Shown here in pieces: positions 40,446 through 52,959 of a stretch of DNA of 64,000 nucleotides. The translations under genes were made by a program, and so were the position numbers. Under the pieces are notes generated by a model. The model did not search any database. It was not told the DNA's origin and worked only from the letters and a program-made list of their open reading frames with translations. This DNA comes from Tubiluchus corallicola (taxonomy: Eukaryota > Animalia > Priapulida), in contig JAQGDQ010000078.1 of the NCBI GenBank assembly GCA_030141605.1, positions 642,835 to 706,834 on the forward strand, read 5' to 3'. The number at the start of each line of letters is the position of its first letter. Within the stretch, counting starts at the first letter, position 1.

Positions 40446-40665
40446 ATTTTTCAAGCAGATTTTTAATATCCACTATTACAAAATGGAGAGCGTATTACGT
40501 GGTTGCTAAAATACCAAGTAAAAGCCAATAACTGACCTCACAATACAGCATAATTAGATTATAAACTGACTCAATTACTATAAGTACCAAGCGTGATAAA
40601 ACGCTGTAGATACTAGTAAAACAACACTCCACTGTCACCAGAATATCACTTGACAATTTTTCAAC

Positions 40666-40759
40666 TTATAAGTCTTCTCTCACTCGAAATCCAGGTCCAT
40701 ATGGAGGTTTTGTTAATGACGTAAGACCGGTGATTGGCTCACAAGAAAATCGTGAACTC
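40666..40759 (-). CDS. NDUFV2: NADH:ubiquinone oxidoreductase 24-kDa subunit, terminal exon
   Basis: Minus acceptor ctttatttcag; (R)[30 protein letters not shown] then TAA; matches the conserved NDUFV2 C-terminus RFSCEPxxGLTSLTxPPxGPGF. Confidence 0.95.
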
Positions 40760-40934
40760 CTGAAATAAAGTGCAAGACAACATAAAATTAAAATTTTACA
40801 AAATCGAAAATAATGGTTAGAACGGCAGAAGTTTCCATAACGCTCCGCAAACAAACTTCAAAGCTTACTTCACAATTAAATTGTATAATGGGAGGTGATA
40901 TAGCCGACTGGACATCGTACACAGTGTGCGTTTA

Positions 40935-41010
40935 TCAACAAAATTAAGCAAGGCCAAACCTGTTCAGTAAATAGATGGGCTACTGCCAAGAAGCCTCGTT
41001 ACCTGTTGAG
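40935..41010 (+). pseudogene. Degenerate 5S rRNA-derived segment (SINE3-like or pseudogene)
   Basis: aaattaagcaaggccaaacctgttcagtaaatagatgggctactgcc loosely matches the 5S internal control region (AGCTAAGCA...TTAGTACTTGGATGGG.GACCGCC). Confidence 0.4.
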
Positions 41011-41054
41011 GGTGTATACGAACGTCGTCATAACACCTTTGTCTTTTCACTTAC

Positions 41055-41375
41055 AGAAAAAAAGAAATAACCCCAACCCTAACCCTAACCCTAACTCTAA
41101 CCCTAAGATATTGAAGAAAATGTGATTTTTTCACATAGTAATGTCATCACATATGAATAGTGTTGTCAATATGTACAAGTCATGTATTATCGGTTAATAA
41201 CTGATTTAAGATATTTTCTGTCTTATTTTCTGTTATTTACTTGTTCATGGTACAGTCATTGATTTGAAGATTTTTGTTTGATTACTTGACTTGCTTTCAT
41301 AGCCAAAACCGTGACTTTTTCCGGTACCATAGATTAATGATGACTTTTTTCTTGTGACTTTAATACCGACCACCA
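41055..41375. mobile_element. Non-autonomous element with internal (CCCTAA)n and gtgactttt subterminal repeats
   Basis: Shares taaccctaaccc and gtgactttaataccg ends with 41652-41790 and with the element interrupted by the LINE (46357 to 48595). Confidence 0.7.
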
Positions 41376-41412
41376 TTTTAACTCAGCTTCACTCAGCGTG
41401 ATAATACTCTCA

Positions 41413-41601
41413 TGATCAAAAAATGCCCCGGCACTTCAATTGGCGGCATAGGGAAATCTCGAGATTTCTTTCCATGAAAAATGTTATTTTGTTTCTTTCA
41501 TCATTTGGCTGGCGCCCGAAAAATTTGGTGATTGCCCGAAAAAAGTGTTTTGGCTGCAGGCCAAAAAACGGGCTGCAGCCCCCTTAGCTCGCACGCCTAT
41601 G
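41413..41601. mobile_element. Partial copy of the 21850-22125 hAT-like MITE
   Basis: Shared tggcggcatag...cgagatttcttt...tcatcattt...cccgaaaaa..tggtgatt and terminal acgcctatg. Confidence 0.8.
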
Positions 41602-41651
41602 AACATGGTAGCTGTGTAAAATAATATGTGGATTGATGGATTTAAAGAATT

Positions 41652-41790
41652 CGGGTAATAAAATCACAGGTAATAGATAATAAAAAGGCATTAGATAAAA
41701 AGAAATAACCATAACCCTAATCCTAACTCTAACACGTAGCCCTAACCCTAATCCTAGCCAAAATTATGACTTTTTTCCTGTTCTGATTTG
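41652..41790. mobile_element. Short copy of the (CCCTAA)n-containing element
   Basis: ggtaataaaatcacagg ... ccctaaccctaatcctagccaaaattatgacttttt. Confidence 0.7.
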
Positions 41791-44700
41791 AATGCGGTAG
41801 GACTTCGTCTCCTGTCTTTTAAATTTATGGCGTTAAAGGTTTTTCTGTACTGTATAGCAATAATGCACATATAATTACGTAATTCATGCAATTGAGGTTT
41901 GAGGCCAGTTAACTCGACACCCTGTCAGAGTTAACAGAATTTATAAAAGTCGTTTTTCTCTGCAAGATTCTAAAGCAGTGGTTTTGACACTTTACGCGCT
42001 CAAACAGCTATCATGCAGTATATTTCTCAGATGCAATTGGTTTTGTAGAATTTTTCGCAAACCCTTGTCGCAAAGAGGAATAAATTTATTTACAACCATC
42101 TAAAAACTGCGTTTCTGCTGCGGGAAATGCGAAAGATCAATAAGTAAAGCCAGGTTTGTTCGAATCACCAAGGGGAGAAATTTTACGGGAAATTAGAAAG
42201 CCATTATATTACTGACTCTTCCACACGACACAGATTATAAAGTATTTCAACGACAGCTTTAAGACTGTTGCACAGAACGTACTGTAAAAATTCAGAGCAG
42301 GAACATTTTAAAAAAACATCGTATAGGCTTGAAAAGTAGTAAGATTGAGAAAAATCAAATTTAATTGTCACAACAATCATTACACAAAGACAGGGGATAC
42401 AATCAGCCAATGTAAAACAATCTAAAACAAAATTTTAAATATTTTATGACGCCGTTTCGATACAATCGACACGCCTTCGTGGTTTCTATTTTTGCTGCTT
42501 CTATTAACCTTTCTGACACAGGTAAAGTATTCGACTGACATGTTGCTTTAATAAAATTTATGTACTTGATTCTAGTGCTATCAAATAAGTGCTATGGATG
42601 ATTCTAAATCGTTTTATAGCAAATATTGGGTTATTAAAATATAGTGGATGGAAAAAGAGGCGACGTTACCGTTGGCCCTCACGGGCGCATCAGAATCGAA
42701 ATATTTGTGCCAACGTATTTCCTACATTTCTACCATACACTTTATACATAACTCACTTTTATGATTTATGAGTCCACTATGGATATTTTTATAATTTATT
42801 GCGTGCGATTTACAAATACCTAATTTCTTCACATAGTTTAGAGGTACTGACGACTATCAGTAAATACATGAAAGAGCCAGCCCCTAGGAATCAACATGTT
42901 TAGTAAGCGTAGACGATCTCTTCGACTATTACAGTCGTTTTCAAAAACTATAAATCAATCCAAAAAGGAATAATTACCACAACGATGATACTAAAAAACA
43001 AAGGCACAAAACCCTACTACAAATCAACAGATTAGAATTTAAATTGTCAAAATAAACGTGGATGTAACTAGAAGAGAAGTCAACCAGGCATCAATCAGTC
43101 AGTTTTAAAATCAATAGATGAAGATATTACAAAAACATCACGAGCCTTGTTGTGCCTTCATAAATAACTCACCGTTGAACTATTTTTGTCCAATTTAATT
43201 CTGTATTATGATAAGTACTTTACCAAAATGCAACAATGGCATCCGTTCCAGTTTAGTTTACAGGTTATTCATTTCCCACAGTAGCAATAATCAGTGTGAT
43301 TACATATAAGTATAGTTATTATAACAATGAAGCTGAAATGCTAAATTTCATTTGCATTGCTGATTGCAGCAGCTCAAGAAGCACACAGCTTGAAAAAAAA
43401 CTGCTGATAGTGAAATAAGGATAAGTAAGATAAGAATCAGGAATAAACAACAACATGGGGTTAGAAAAAGTAAAAATACGATGGAAAACAGTTAAAAGTA
43501 AGAGAACAATTTATGCGATAATAACAAGCATTTTATAGGCGTCTTCTGCCAACACCAACTCAACAGTTCGCGTGTTGCTATACAGCCTACAATCCTAACC
43601 AAGAGTGACAACTGCTGGATGACACAGTTTCTAGAACATGATGACGATGATGACGGTGACGGTGGTGATGATGACGATCATAATGATGACGACGACAACA
43701 ATACTATCCAACTGGTTTTCTAAAAAGGCGTCAGAATGCTTTGAAAATGGATAATTGTTGTTAGACAGCAATATAGAGACTTCTCTAAAGCTGCTTCGGC
43801 TTAATAACCTCTCAAGAATAGCACTTACTGTGTAAATGCGGGAGTACATTAAGACAATCTACTTTTCTATTAGAGCTAGAGAAAAGCTGAACAAACTAGA
43901 ATGAAACGATTTTATAACTGCCTTTGAACAAGCGACACAAATGTAATCTGCCACTCACATGGCGCTCTTTTGTGCTGTAATGATTAGTTATATAGTTGTA
44001 GCACAATTACTCTAGGAGTGGAGACGATTTGGATCGGAATCCCACTGAAAGTTGAAATTTTTTTAGGACTTTTAAGATTTACTTATAACAGTAAAGTATA
44101 CATCTAACTTTTAAATCAGTAAAAGCAAGATGAAAAATTAAAATTTTGCACGATTCGCAGAATACATGTTTGTAAATCAGAAACAAAAAAATGAAATTTT
44201 TCATTTTGAAAACGAATATTAAGATTTTGCATCTGAAGACACATTATTCACACTTACGAATAACATTCTCTCTCTGACGCGGTATAGCTACAGTTCATCA
44301 CGGATCACAATTCATAATGTACACACACATGCAGCGAGCTAATTCAATACCCGCATATTTACAGATAATAATTATTATTCTATAGAATTCATCACAGAGC
44401 TAGACGCGAGTAACTTAGTACAGACAACCCAATACGTCATATCAACATTGACAGAAGCTGTAACATTTGCCATAACCGTTTTTAAAGCGCTGTCAAAAAC
44501 GAAAATGAAACGATTGAAGGGAGCGAAGATCAAAGGTAAGAGTTGAACAGAAAGTGTGCAGATCAAATCAGAATTAGATGAAGAACGCAGTTAAACTAAT
44601 ACTGTTACTGAACAATTTTGTACCTGGGCCAGTTTATTCAAAGGTTTATTCCGCTGCTGCCTGTGCCGTATAAATGTGAACACACGTCCACATGGTGACG

Positions 44701-44947
44701 TGTAATAAAGTCAGGGAAAAGTCACAATTAATTTCGGCTACGGTTAAGTGGTTGTCCCCCCCCCCCACGCACAACTTAGCTCAAGCTATCGTTGCCCCAT
44801 TTTTGGAGTGTGTTAAAAGTGCCAACATAACGATTAAATAAATGTAAGAATTGCAGAACTTCTAAAACGAATGATTCTGATATCATATTCATGATCCTCA
44901 ATCAAAAACAGATAGAAATCTTTAAGATATAAAATGTTAAAAACATG

Positions 44948-44990
44948 TCACATACGTTTCGACTGCAGGTTGGAGTCAACTTCAGTGTGA
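44948..44990 (-). ncRNA. Minimal type-I hammerhead ribozyme motif (mutated copy)
   Basis: Minus strand UCACA-CUGAAGU-UGACUCCAACCUGCAGUC-GAAACGUA-UGUGA: stem I UCACA/UGUGA, core CUGAnG(A>U), stem II, GAAA, GUA triplet. Confidence 0.65.
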
Positions 44991-45073
44991 TGACAGATTA
45001 TGCTATCAACAAGTAGTTTTATAGGGAGAAATGTAGGCTCTTCCCAGAAAACTGGTTGATGATTGCATAATCT

Positions 45074-45116
45074 GTCAATGAAGATGACTGCAACCTGCAG
45101 TCGAAACGTATGTGAT
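45074..45116 (+). ncRNA. Minimal hammerhead ribozyme motif (mutated copy)
   Basis: AUGAAGA-U-GACUGCA-ACC-UGCAGUC-GAAACGUA-UGUGAU: perfect 7-bp stem II and GAAA; the core C and the 5' strand of stem I are damaged by a deletion. Confidence 0.6.
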
Positions 45117-45819
45117 ATGTTTTTCAACATTTTATATCACAAAACTTTTAATAAAATTTGTTTTTTTTATAATACTGTACATGTATAAACTGACTTAGAT
45201 AGAAATCTAAACAAAAAATTCCGTTGACTATTGAAATTTTTAATTCGGATTAAATACTTCATAATCAAAGTTTGTTCAACACAATTACGAATCCACAGCA
45301 AAAGATGTTGATGCGATTTCAATCAACTGAAAAAAATAGATAATTGCAACAGTCTTGATAATCTGTTTACCACAACAAATTCACTTAAATATAAACGAGA
45401 GTATTTTATTTCGATCCTACTACGTGAAGATAAAAAAACAGAACAGTTAACAATAATGAGTTACAATCATCTTGTTATTTCAAACCGCTCAAATTTAAAG
45501 GAAAACAGGATGATTTTTCATATCTTACCACATTTGGAAGTACGATAAATAGCGTACATTTTAAAACCTATAATAATGCCAAAGCTTTTGTGATAATTAA
45601 ATATTAGGTTAGAAACCTAATTAAGGCGAACCCAACTAGTGATGGCATCACAAGTGAGCATAATTTTTAATAGCTTAAACATTCCATGAGCGTGCTGCTA
45701 CTGTACAACATTCAGCGTGCTTATACAAAAACTTGGCAAAATTTAAGTTTACAATTCAAATTTCAAGTCTATCCCTGTGCTCATGCATGAGCTCTGAAAC
45801 GTCATACGTTATAACCTAC

Positions 45820-46050
45820 GAACTAAGAGGTACAGCACCTGTTTTTGTGGAAACGCGTTTTCGAGATGTAGGTGCTAGTCCCTGTCTAACTAGAGAATGG
45901 CGAAATACATGTAACAGCAGAGAACTGACCGCGTGAGTGCGAAATTACGTTTCAATGGGAACAATTCTTTCACGTAAATCATTTTTGAAAAACAGCATAC
46001 TCCCTTTCAACGATTTAAAGAATGGATTGTTTTGAGCTATAGTTTAAAAC
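45820..46050. mobile_element. Dispersed repeat, inverted relative to 10740-10978
   Basis: Reverse-complement similarity over ~230 bp. Confidence 0.75.
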
Positions 46051-46474
46051 TGGGTCCGATTTTCCTTTAAGTTGCGAAACGATTCAAAACTCAAAACGCA
46101 CAGAAGTTAAATAAACCTTGCATCTAGTAAAATCGATAAAGCCGAGACCTAGCAAAACCCAGGAGAAAACCCAGGCGACACAAATGAAAATTTACGTGTA
46201 TAAAACACAGACGATGGGATCAGCTCTCCATGATTCTGCATCGAGAAGCCAGATAGACAAACAAATACGGTACATACACCAAGCTGGCGTTATCATTGTA
46301 AACTAAAAGGTATCTGCTAGAGTATTAGCAGCAAATAAAGACAACACAAATTGAAGCCAGGTAATAAAGTCACAGGTAAAAAAGTCACGGTAAGAAGTCA
46401 CAAGATAAATCACATAATACAAGTCAGAGGTAAAAAATCACAGGAAAAAGTCATAGACTGTAAGATGTAAATAG

Positions 46475-48527
46475 AAAATGTAATAAATAAATGCCGTAAC
46501 AAACTAACGCGTGTTGACGAAATTAAGATCAACAACACTGTTATTACAAAACCCAAAGATATTGCCAACGCGCTAAATGCAATATTCCTGAATCTTGGAA
46601 ATTTTAAGGGAGTGGCTTCTCATATTAGCAATAATATAATTAATAAATTAAAAAACAAATCGTCTAACACAGTATTCTCATTCAAAAGCGTCACAGTAGG
46701 AGAAATTAACGACATATTAAATAACCTAAGTTCCAACAAAGGGAGTGGACCATCAGATATTCCTATCAAAATTCTAAAAGATAGCGCATCTGTAATAGCC
46801 CCGCATATGACTTACATTGCTAATCAGATAATTATGAGAGGCGAATTTCCAACGGTATGTAAAATGGCAAACGTGACTCCAATCCATAAAAAAGATCCAA
46901 AATGTGATCCCATGAATTATCGCCCAATTTCCGTAATCCATTGTTTCGGCAAAGTTTGGGAAAGGGTAATTTATGATCAGATAAATTCATATGTAAATAA
47001 ACATGAACTTTTATCAAAACATCAGTTTGGCTTCCGTAAACACCATTCAACCATTGACGCCCTAATACACACAACAGAAAATTGGAGACATAGTTTAGAC
47101 AACAAGCAATACATTTTAGCAGCATTTTTGGATTTAAGTAAAGCTTTCGATAGCATTAATCACGAACTACTTTACGATAATTTAAAACAAATCGGATTAG
47201 ATTCGATATCGTTAAAACTGATACAAAATTATCTCAAAGATAGACAACAACGAGTAAAGTTAGATACAACCAACTTTTCTGACTGGGCCACGTTAAACAG
47301 AGGTATACCGCAAGGAACACTACTAGGTCCGTTATTATTTTGCCTATATATAAACAACATATCCAGTGTATTAAAACACTCACAAATAACGCAATACGCT
47401 GATGACACTACAATCTACATAGCCCATGAAAATGTCCAAACTGCAAAAAATTATTTAGAAGAAGATATAAAAAATATAAATATGGCATTTAGTCATTACA
47501 AGCTAAAAATGAATAATGACAAAACAGAATTCATGATACTGTCACCCTCATTAAATACTAATGATGCATCATCAACCACTTTGACAATAGATAATGCTGT
47601 AATCAAACAAACTAACAATGTTAAATTCCTGGGCATACAAGTAGACAATAATCTTTCATGGGATGATCACTTTAATAACATATACACAAAAATGGCATCT
47701 AGCACATCATATCTCCGACAAGTTAAAGGGCAACTAACAAAGGAAACTAAAACACTAATATATAAAACTTTAGTTCTACCACACTTCTTATATGGATGTC
47801 GCTACTTCAAAAAACCAAAAGAGAAAATTACTTAAAATTAAATCTCCTTCAAAGCGTTGAGATTGATAGCTGGGTACTCATACAAACACAAGGCAGGTAA
47901 ACAAAAATTCAAAGCTTCAACAACTAACCTGAGAAAAACTTTAAAATTCCCAATCATTGAAGCACACAAAGAATATTTTACTCTGCTTTTTATATTTAAA
48001 TACATTAACAACATCAGCAAACCATTCCAGAATAACAGATTTACCTTTTTTCCAAATCCTATCGTTAATTCCAGAACAAGCAATCTAAAACAAATTAGGA
48101 CAAATACCCACTATGGAACGAACTCTGTAATCAAACAAGCAATTTTACTTTGGAATTCTCTACCATTACAGGTTAAACAAATCAAGTCCCTATCAGCATT
48201 TAAAACAAAATTAAAATCACTAATATTAACCAGATATGAAATACCATCACACCAGTACGACAACATACACACTAATTCCGAATTCATATACCCACGGCCA
48301 TATTAATTAAATCATAGTTTTTTTTATATTTTTTGTGTATAGTTGTAAATATGTTTGATTTTATTCGTCATTACTGCACAGTAGTTTAGATTGCACTGAC
48401 GCATTTGCCTTCAGCAGTGTAAGTTTTTATTAACTAACACTGATTGATTATCTCTATAAAGTTTTTATCAGTGATTATCAATGTTTTTAATGGCAAATAA
48501 AGATTATTATATATATATATATATATA
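46475..48527 (+). mobile_element. 5'-truncated non-LTR retrotransposon (CR1/L2/Crack-group LINE)
   Basis: RT-containing ORF2, 3'UTR, AATAAA at 48496 and an (ATT)/(AT)n tail; no endonuclease domain or ORF1 present. Confidence 0.92.
46498..48306 (+). pseudogene. LINE ORF2 reverse transcriptase, truncated and disrupted near 47805-47855
   Basis: Motifs NYRPIS, QFGFR, FLDLSKAFDSI, GIPQGTLLGPLLF, YADD, KFLG, WNSLP. Homology begins upstream of the GTG at 46612, so that is not a real start codon. Confidence 0.93.
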
Positions 48528-49933
48528 ATCCCTAACCCTAACTCTAACCCTAGCCAAAATTGTGACTTTTTGCTGTGACTTTATTACCGGTCACTACACA
48601 ATTCTGGTATTAAAACCGTGAAAAGATACGCCAAGTTAAAGTGTCCTTTCAGTGTTCAGGCTTTACTTTTTCAGCATTCTCGAATATGGGAGCTGAAAAA
48701 ACTCTATGGAAACAAATGCAATCTTTGACATTCGTGTTTGAGATTTGACGCTGTTGAGTTGCAGGCGCTGCTCACTTGCTCAGTCAGGATGCTGAGTACC
48801 AACTATTACAAGTCGAATATGTCGAATACAAGAAAAGTCGAATATGCATGGTTCTTCACGTAGTGCTTCAGTTTCTAACATGATAAAAACACATTTCTAA
48901 CATGTTTTCTTAAATTGACTTTCTTGAACTTCAATATTATTAATAACAGTTTCCCATGAAATGTTACTGTTCAGTTCAAATTTCTAGAAAGATGACATTC
49001 CCGCGCAATCGCTTATCTAGTAACTGTGCTAATCTACAACCAAAGAAATTAACTGAAATGAAGAACTGTCCACTCTCGCCAGCCTCGGTTATTTTTCTCC
49101 TGTGCTACAGGTTTCAGCGCGTTATTATCTAGAAATGCATTTTTTGGTAAGCATACAACGAACTATCTTTAACAACTTTTACTGCTTAACCGTCACCGTA
49201 TCTACATTATTTTACCACTATACTACTCTCAGTGAATGTAACACTCAGCCTTATGTGTTTCGTTACGTCAACTTAATTTATCTAAGCGGCAATGTAGTAA
49301 GTTTGTATCAAAGAATCGCTCATATGCCATTACCTGGGGGAAATAAAATCTTCCAAGGATTTTAGTGTATAACAAAGTCAGTACTAGTGCGTGCAAAACT
49401 AAATCTTCTTTACTACATTTTGATGATTGCTAGTTCGGACTAAGTCCAAAAAACCCAAGAGATTCCGAGGGAACGCCATGGGGAAGGGGTATTGGAACTA
49501 GATCTAGTTGAACAATTACAGACTATATTCAAATGTTCTTCTCCATATATTGATGAGAGTAAGACATATTATTTCGTATACAGTATGTATTTTTACATAA
49601 ATTTATTTATTATCGGATGATGCATATAAACAATATGTATTTCATAAAATAAAACACAAGTGTGGAGTACAAACGTCTACATTATCTGATTTAAAATCGT
49701 TTTAAGCAATAAAAACCCGTGCTACGTTTCGTCTGCATTTATTTATAGAATTTTAAACCTAGCACTTTTATGCTCAAAATGATTTAAATCATTTTAAAAC
49801 ATCATACAAAATCGTAAATATACATTGAAATTTTCAGCATAGATGACACGCTTAAATACGTTCAGATTGGCTTTGGTCATCTGTGAATTGGCCCAAAAGG
49901 CCACAAACCTCAAATGGTCTGCACGATTGCATG

Positions 49934-50308
49934 CAGGGCCAGATTATAACCCTTTGGAGCCTTAGGCTAATGATATTACGGGGCTCTCAGGCGGACTCAT
50001 TCTCTAGCTTGCCCGCACCCGTCTTGGACATTTTTTACTCCTGATATATTTTACTGACATTTACATAGCTTGAATAAACTTATTCCAAATTCTTTAAATA
50101 AATTAGAACAGCTATCTTTTATTTATTAATAAAAGCATTCTTATGTACCACTATATACTATTTATTGCAAACCAAATTAGCACATATTTCAACACAACCG
50201 TAGTGAAAAAACAGATTTCCAAACAAGTGTTACCAAAGCTTGAGGCCTCCTCAAGCTTGATGGACTCTAGACTACAGCCATACTAGCCTATAGGATAATC
50301 CGGCCCTG
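49934..50308. mobile_element. hAT-like MITE
   Basis: TIR cagggccagatta / taatccggccctg; inverted relative copy at 62498-62759; no clear TSD. Confidence 0.82.
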
Positions 50309-52959
50309 AAGTCTGAATATGCATAATGATCTTATGTGATCAGGCCCATCTATCAACTGAATGATAGATTTCTCTGCATACTAACGACAGCAAGCAATAT
50401 AATGATGATCACACATACAATGCAAAATTATTAATCGCGATTAATGACAAGCTAACGGTTACAAGCTTAATTACAACAATCGCTTCATCAATGCCATTCA
50501 TTTCATTAATCGCATACGTCTTGCAACAGAGTAATTTAGGACGCAGCACAAATTAAGCCTGATTACAGTAACTGTTCAGCTAAGGCGAAGTAATAGGGAC
50601 TTGCATAAAACATGTATAAGTATAACGTCAAACTCGTCTATATAGGGGGTGTGAACTTATTTCAATGCTCATCAATTGCAGATCATTGCCAGGACTGGCT
50701 CTACAGCATGTATTACGCGTACATTTATTTGCTTAGTAATACTGTCTTATCTTCATATCTTTTTTTTTCACTGACACTGAACGAAAATTTGTTATTGTGA
50801 ACTTTTTTAACCTTTGTATAATGTTGCTGTTTTCTCAAAAGGAGACAATTTTTGGACTATGAAATGTTTCAATTCTGCTATCCCTGTCAAAGCTTGTAAA
50901 TATTAATTTTATGGTCAATAAGCTATTATTACTACTATCAACCGCAAATCAGACAGTAAAAACGGCACTGAAGCCACCAGTTCAGGCAAACCGTTTTGTG
51001 CAGCAATAAAACTGCCGCCTCCGCATCGTCCAGACGAAATTGTCCATGAAAATTAATTTGTTGGTATGAGGTTTTCGCAAATCGTTACTGAATTGCATCT
51101 CGCGGTGCAAATGCTGAACGGCAAGGCGCACCAATCATGAAATTGCGCCTAATCGTTCAGTAAGCCGATAATTTCAGAGACCCAAGTAATCGACCAAAAA
51201 GATGTAGCAGACATATTTATATTTGGCCTCTTTGCAGCCAATGGCGGGCTCAGCAGCCGCACAAGCTCTAAAATCATCAACACCAATTCCATACAAGGTT
51301 TACATTTAGCTAACAGTAAAATCGTTAAATGAGGCACTTCGCTTTACACTTCAACAGGACAGATCAAGAACCTAGTTAAAGGAAAACCGGATGATTGTGT
51401 AAACACGAGTTCAGAATAAGGAATGCTCTAAAATAGTGAAAACTGCAATACTTTATTTTAAATTAAAGCTCAGATTAAATAATAATTACCTCGGATACTC
51501 AAATTTCGTTAAACTTTCAAAGCTACGCGCGGCTCAGTGAATCTACTAAGATTGGCAGCGGCGCCTTTTTGTCCCGTGCGCGTGGCCAACAAATAGAAGG
51601 CGGTACCGTGACAACTATGATTATTAACTGCTGTGTTAGTTTCATGACGTAGACCCCATTTTTCGTGACATCATGCGCTTAAACAGTAATGTAACGCCTA
51701 TGCAAATGTGCTTGACGCGCAAGAGAAGCCTACCATTGCAAAAACTGTGGTTAGTTTCTGACGTAAGCAATATGCTGTGTTCGGTTATCGTTAATTAACT
51801 TTCTGAGCTAAGAATTCAAATATAAGGAACAATTGTTAACTTTTATAGGCAAGAAAATGTATATTTTGGACAGTAAATTAAAATGAGATTGAGTCTAAAC
51901 AATCGTCCGGTCTTCCTTTAACTGTAGAGGTCCTGGATAGATGAATCCCATGGATGAAAAAATCGAATTGAGAACGAAACATCGTGCACACATGCAAGAA
52001 CAGGATAAAACTTGAAAAACTGAGGAAGCACACAAATTCCTCAGTAAAGCTATTTCAGCAATTAATTTGGTCACCTATCCAATTGCAAAGTAAACTACAA
52101 CAGAACATCATTATTCATTTAGATACAAAAATTTCGTTCCCTAATTCCGGTGTGTTAAAGGAGAAGTCAAGTCTCTCGAAGTAGTACTTATTTTAATATT
52201 TGAGAAAAATGTTAGAAAGTTCAGCAACAAAATTGCGATGAGTCTTGTGTAATTAGGTAATTAGTAATATCAATTTAAAATCGCGATCATTTAACATTTG
52301 GGTGCCTTCATTTTGAACGAAAAATGACATCATATCCGGTTAACTATACAATATAAATACTTATCACGCCAGGTGCTTGAGTGAACTTCCTTTGCAACTG
52401 CTATTGTCAACTGCAAACAACCCAAAGTGTTAAACGAGAAATTATTAATACTATTTTTACTTTTTAACGAATTTCGTTGCCCTTATGTATTGAAAAACAG
52501 TTACCGACTGATGACAATTCCAACTGGGCTAGTTAACCCTGACAAAGTAACAGAATAACTATTTTAACAAGCTAAAACTCAACTCTGTATGCTAAGTAAG
52601 CCGCCCCGTACCTACTATATGCTCGCAGCCTCACAGAATTCCATGCTTATCAGTAATTAGATTACCTAAAGTACTTACGACTTTTGAGGTATATGTATAC
52701 TTTTGTAGATTAAAGCTACGTAAGCCCTTTAACGATGGTGTTAATTGTCCCGGTGACTAATTTTTACGTAAACATACTTAAACAAAAACATTTAGTCAGC
52801 TAGAATAGCCAAATTTCTGAGTGAGCTGCAGAAGTTTTGTATTTACGCGTGCCTTTGTGCTAGTGAACGTTTTCTGTCAATGCAGCTCATTCCTAATGCC
52901 ATTTTAAAAAAGTTTATAGAGCGGAAGGGGGGGGGCAGTAAAAAAGACGGAAGCAGGAC

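Larger units (their letters stand above)
44922..45196. mobile_element. Penelope-like inverted pLTR insertion with 12-bp TSD
   Basis: Inverted arms from 44926 to 45138 plus an unpaired AATAAA-containing tail; agatagaaatct is duplicated at 44910-44921 and 45197-45208. Confidence 0.8.
46357..48595. mobile_element. Small inverted-repeat element (host) interrupted by a LINE
   Basis: Left end ccaggtaataaagtcacag with aaagtcac repeats; right end ccctaaccctaactctaaccctagccaaaattgtgactttttgctgtgactttattaccgg. Confidence 0.75.

Noticed and set aside
41071-41106. (CCCTAA)n as a telomere or chromosome-fusion scar (also ~41714 and ~48530)
   Set aside because: Short, degenerate and always embedded in the same dispersed element.
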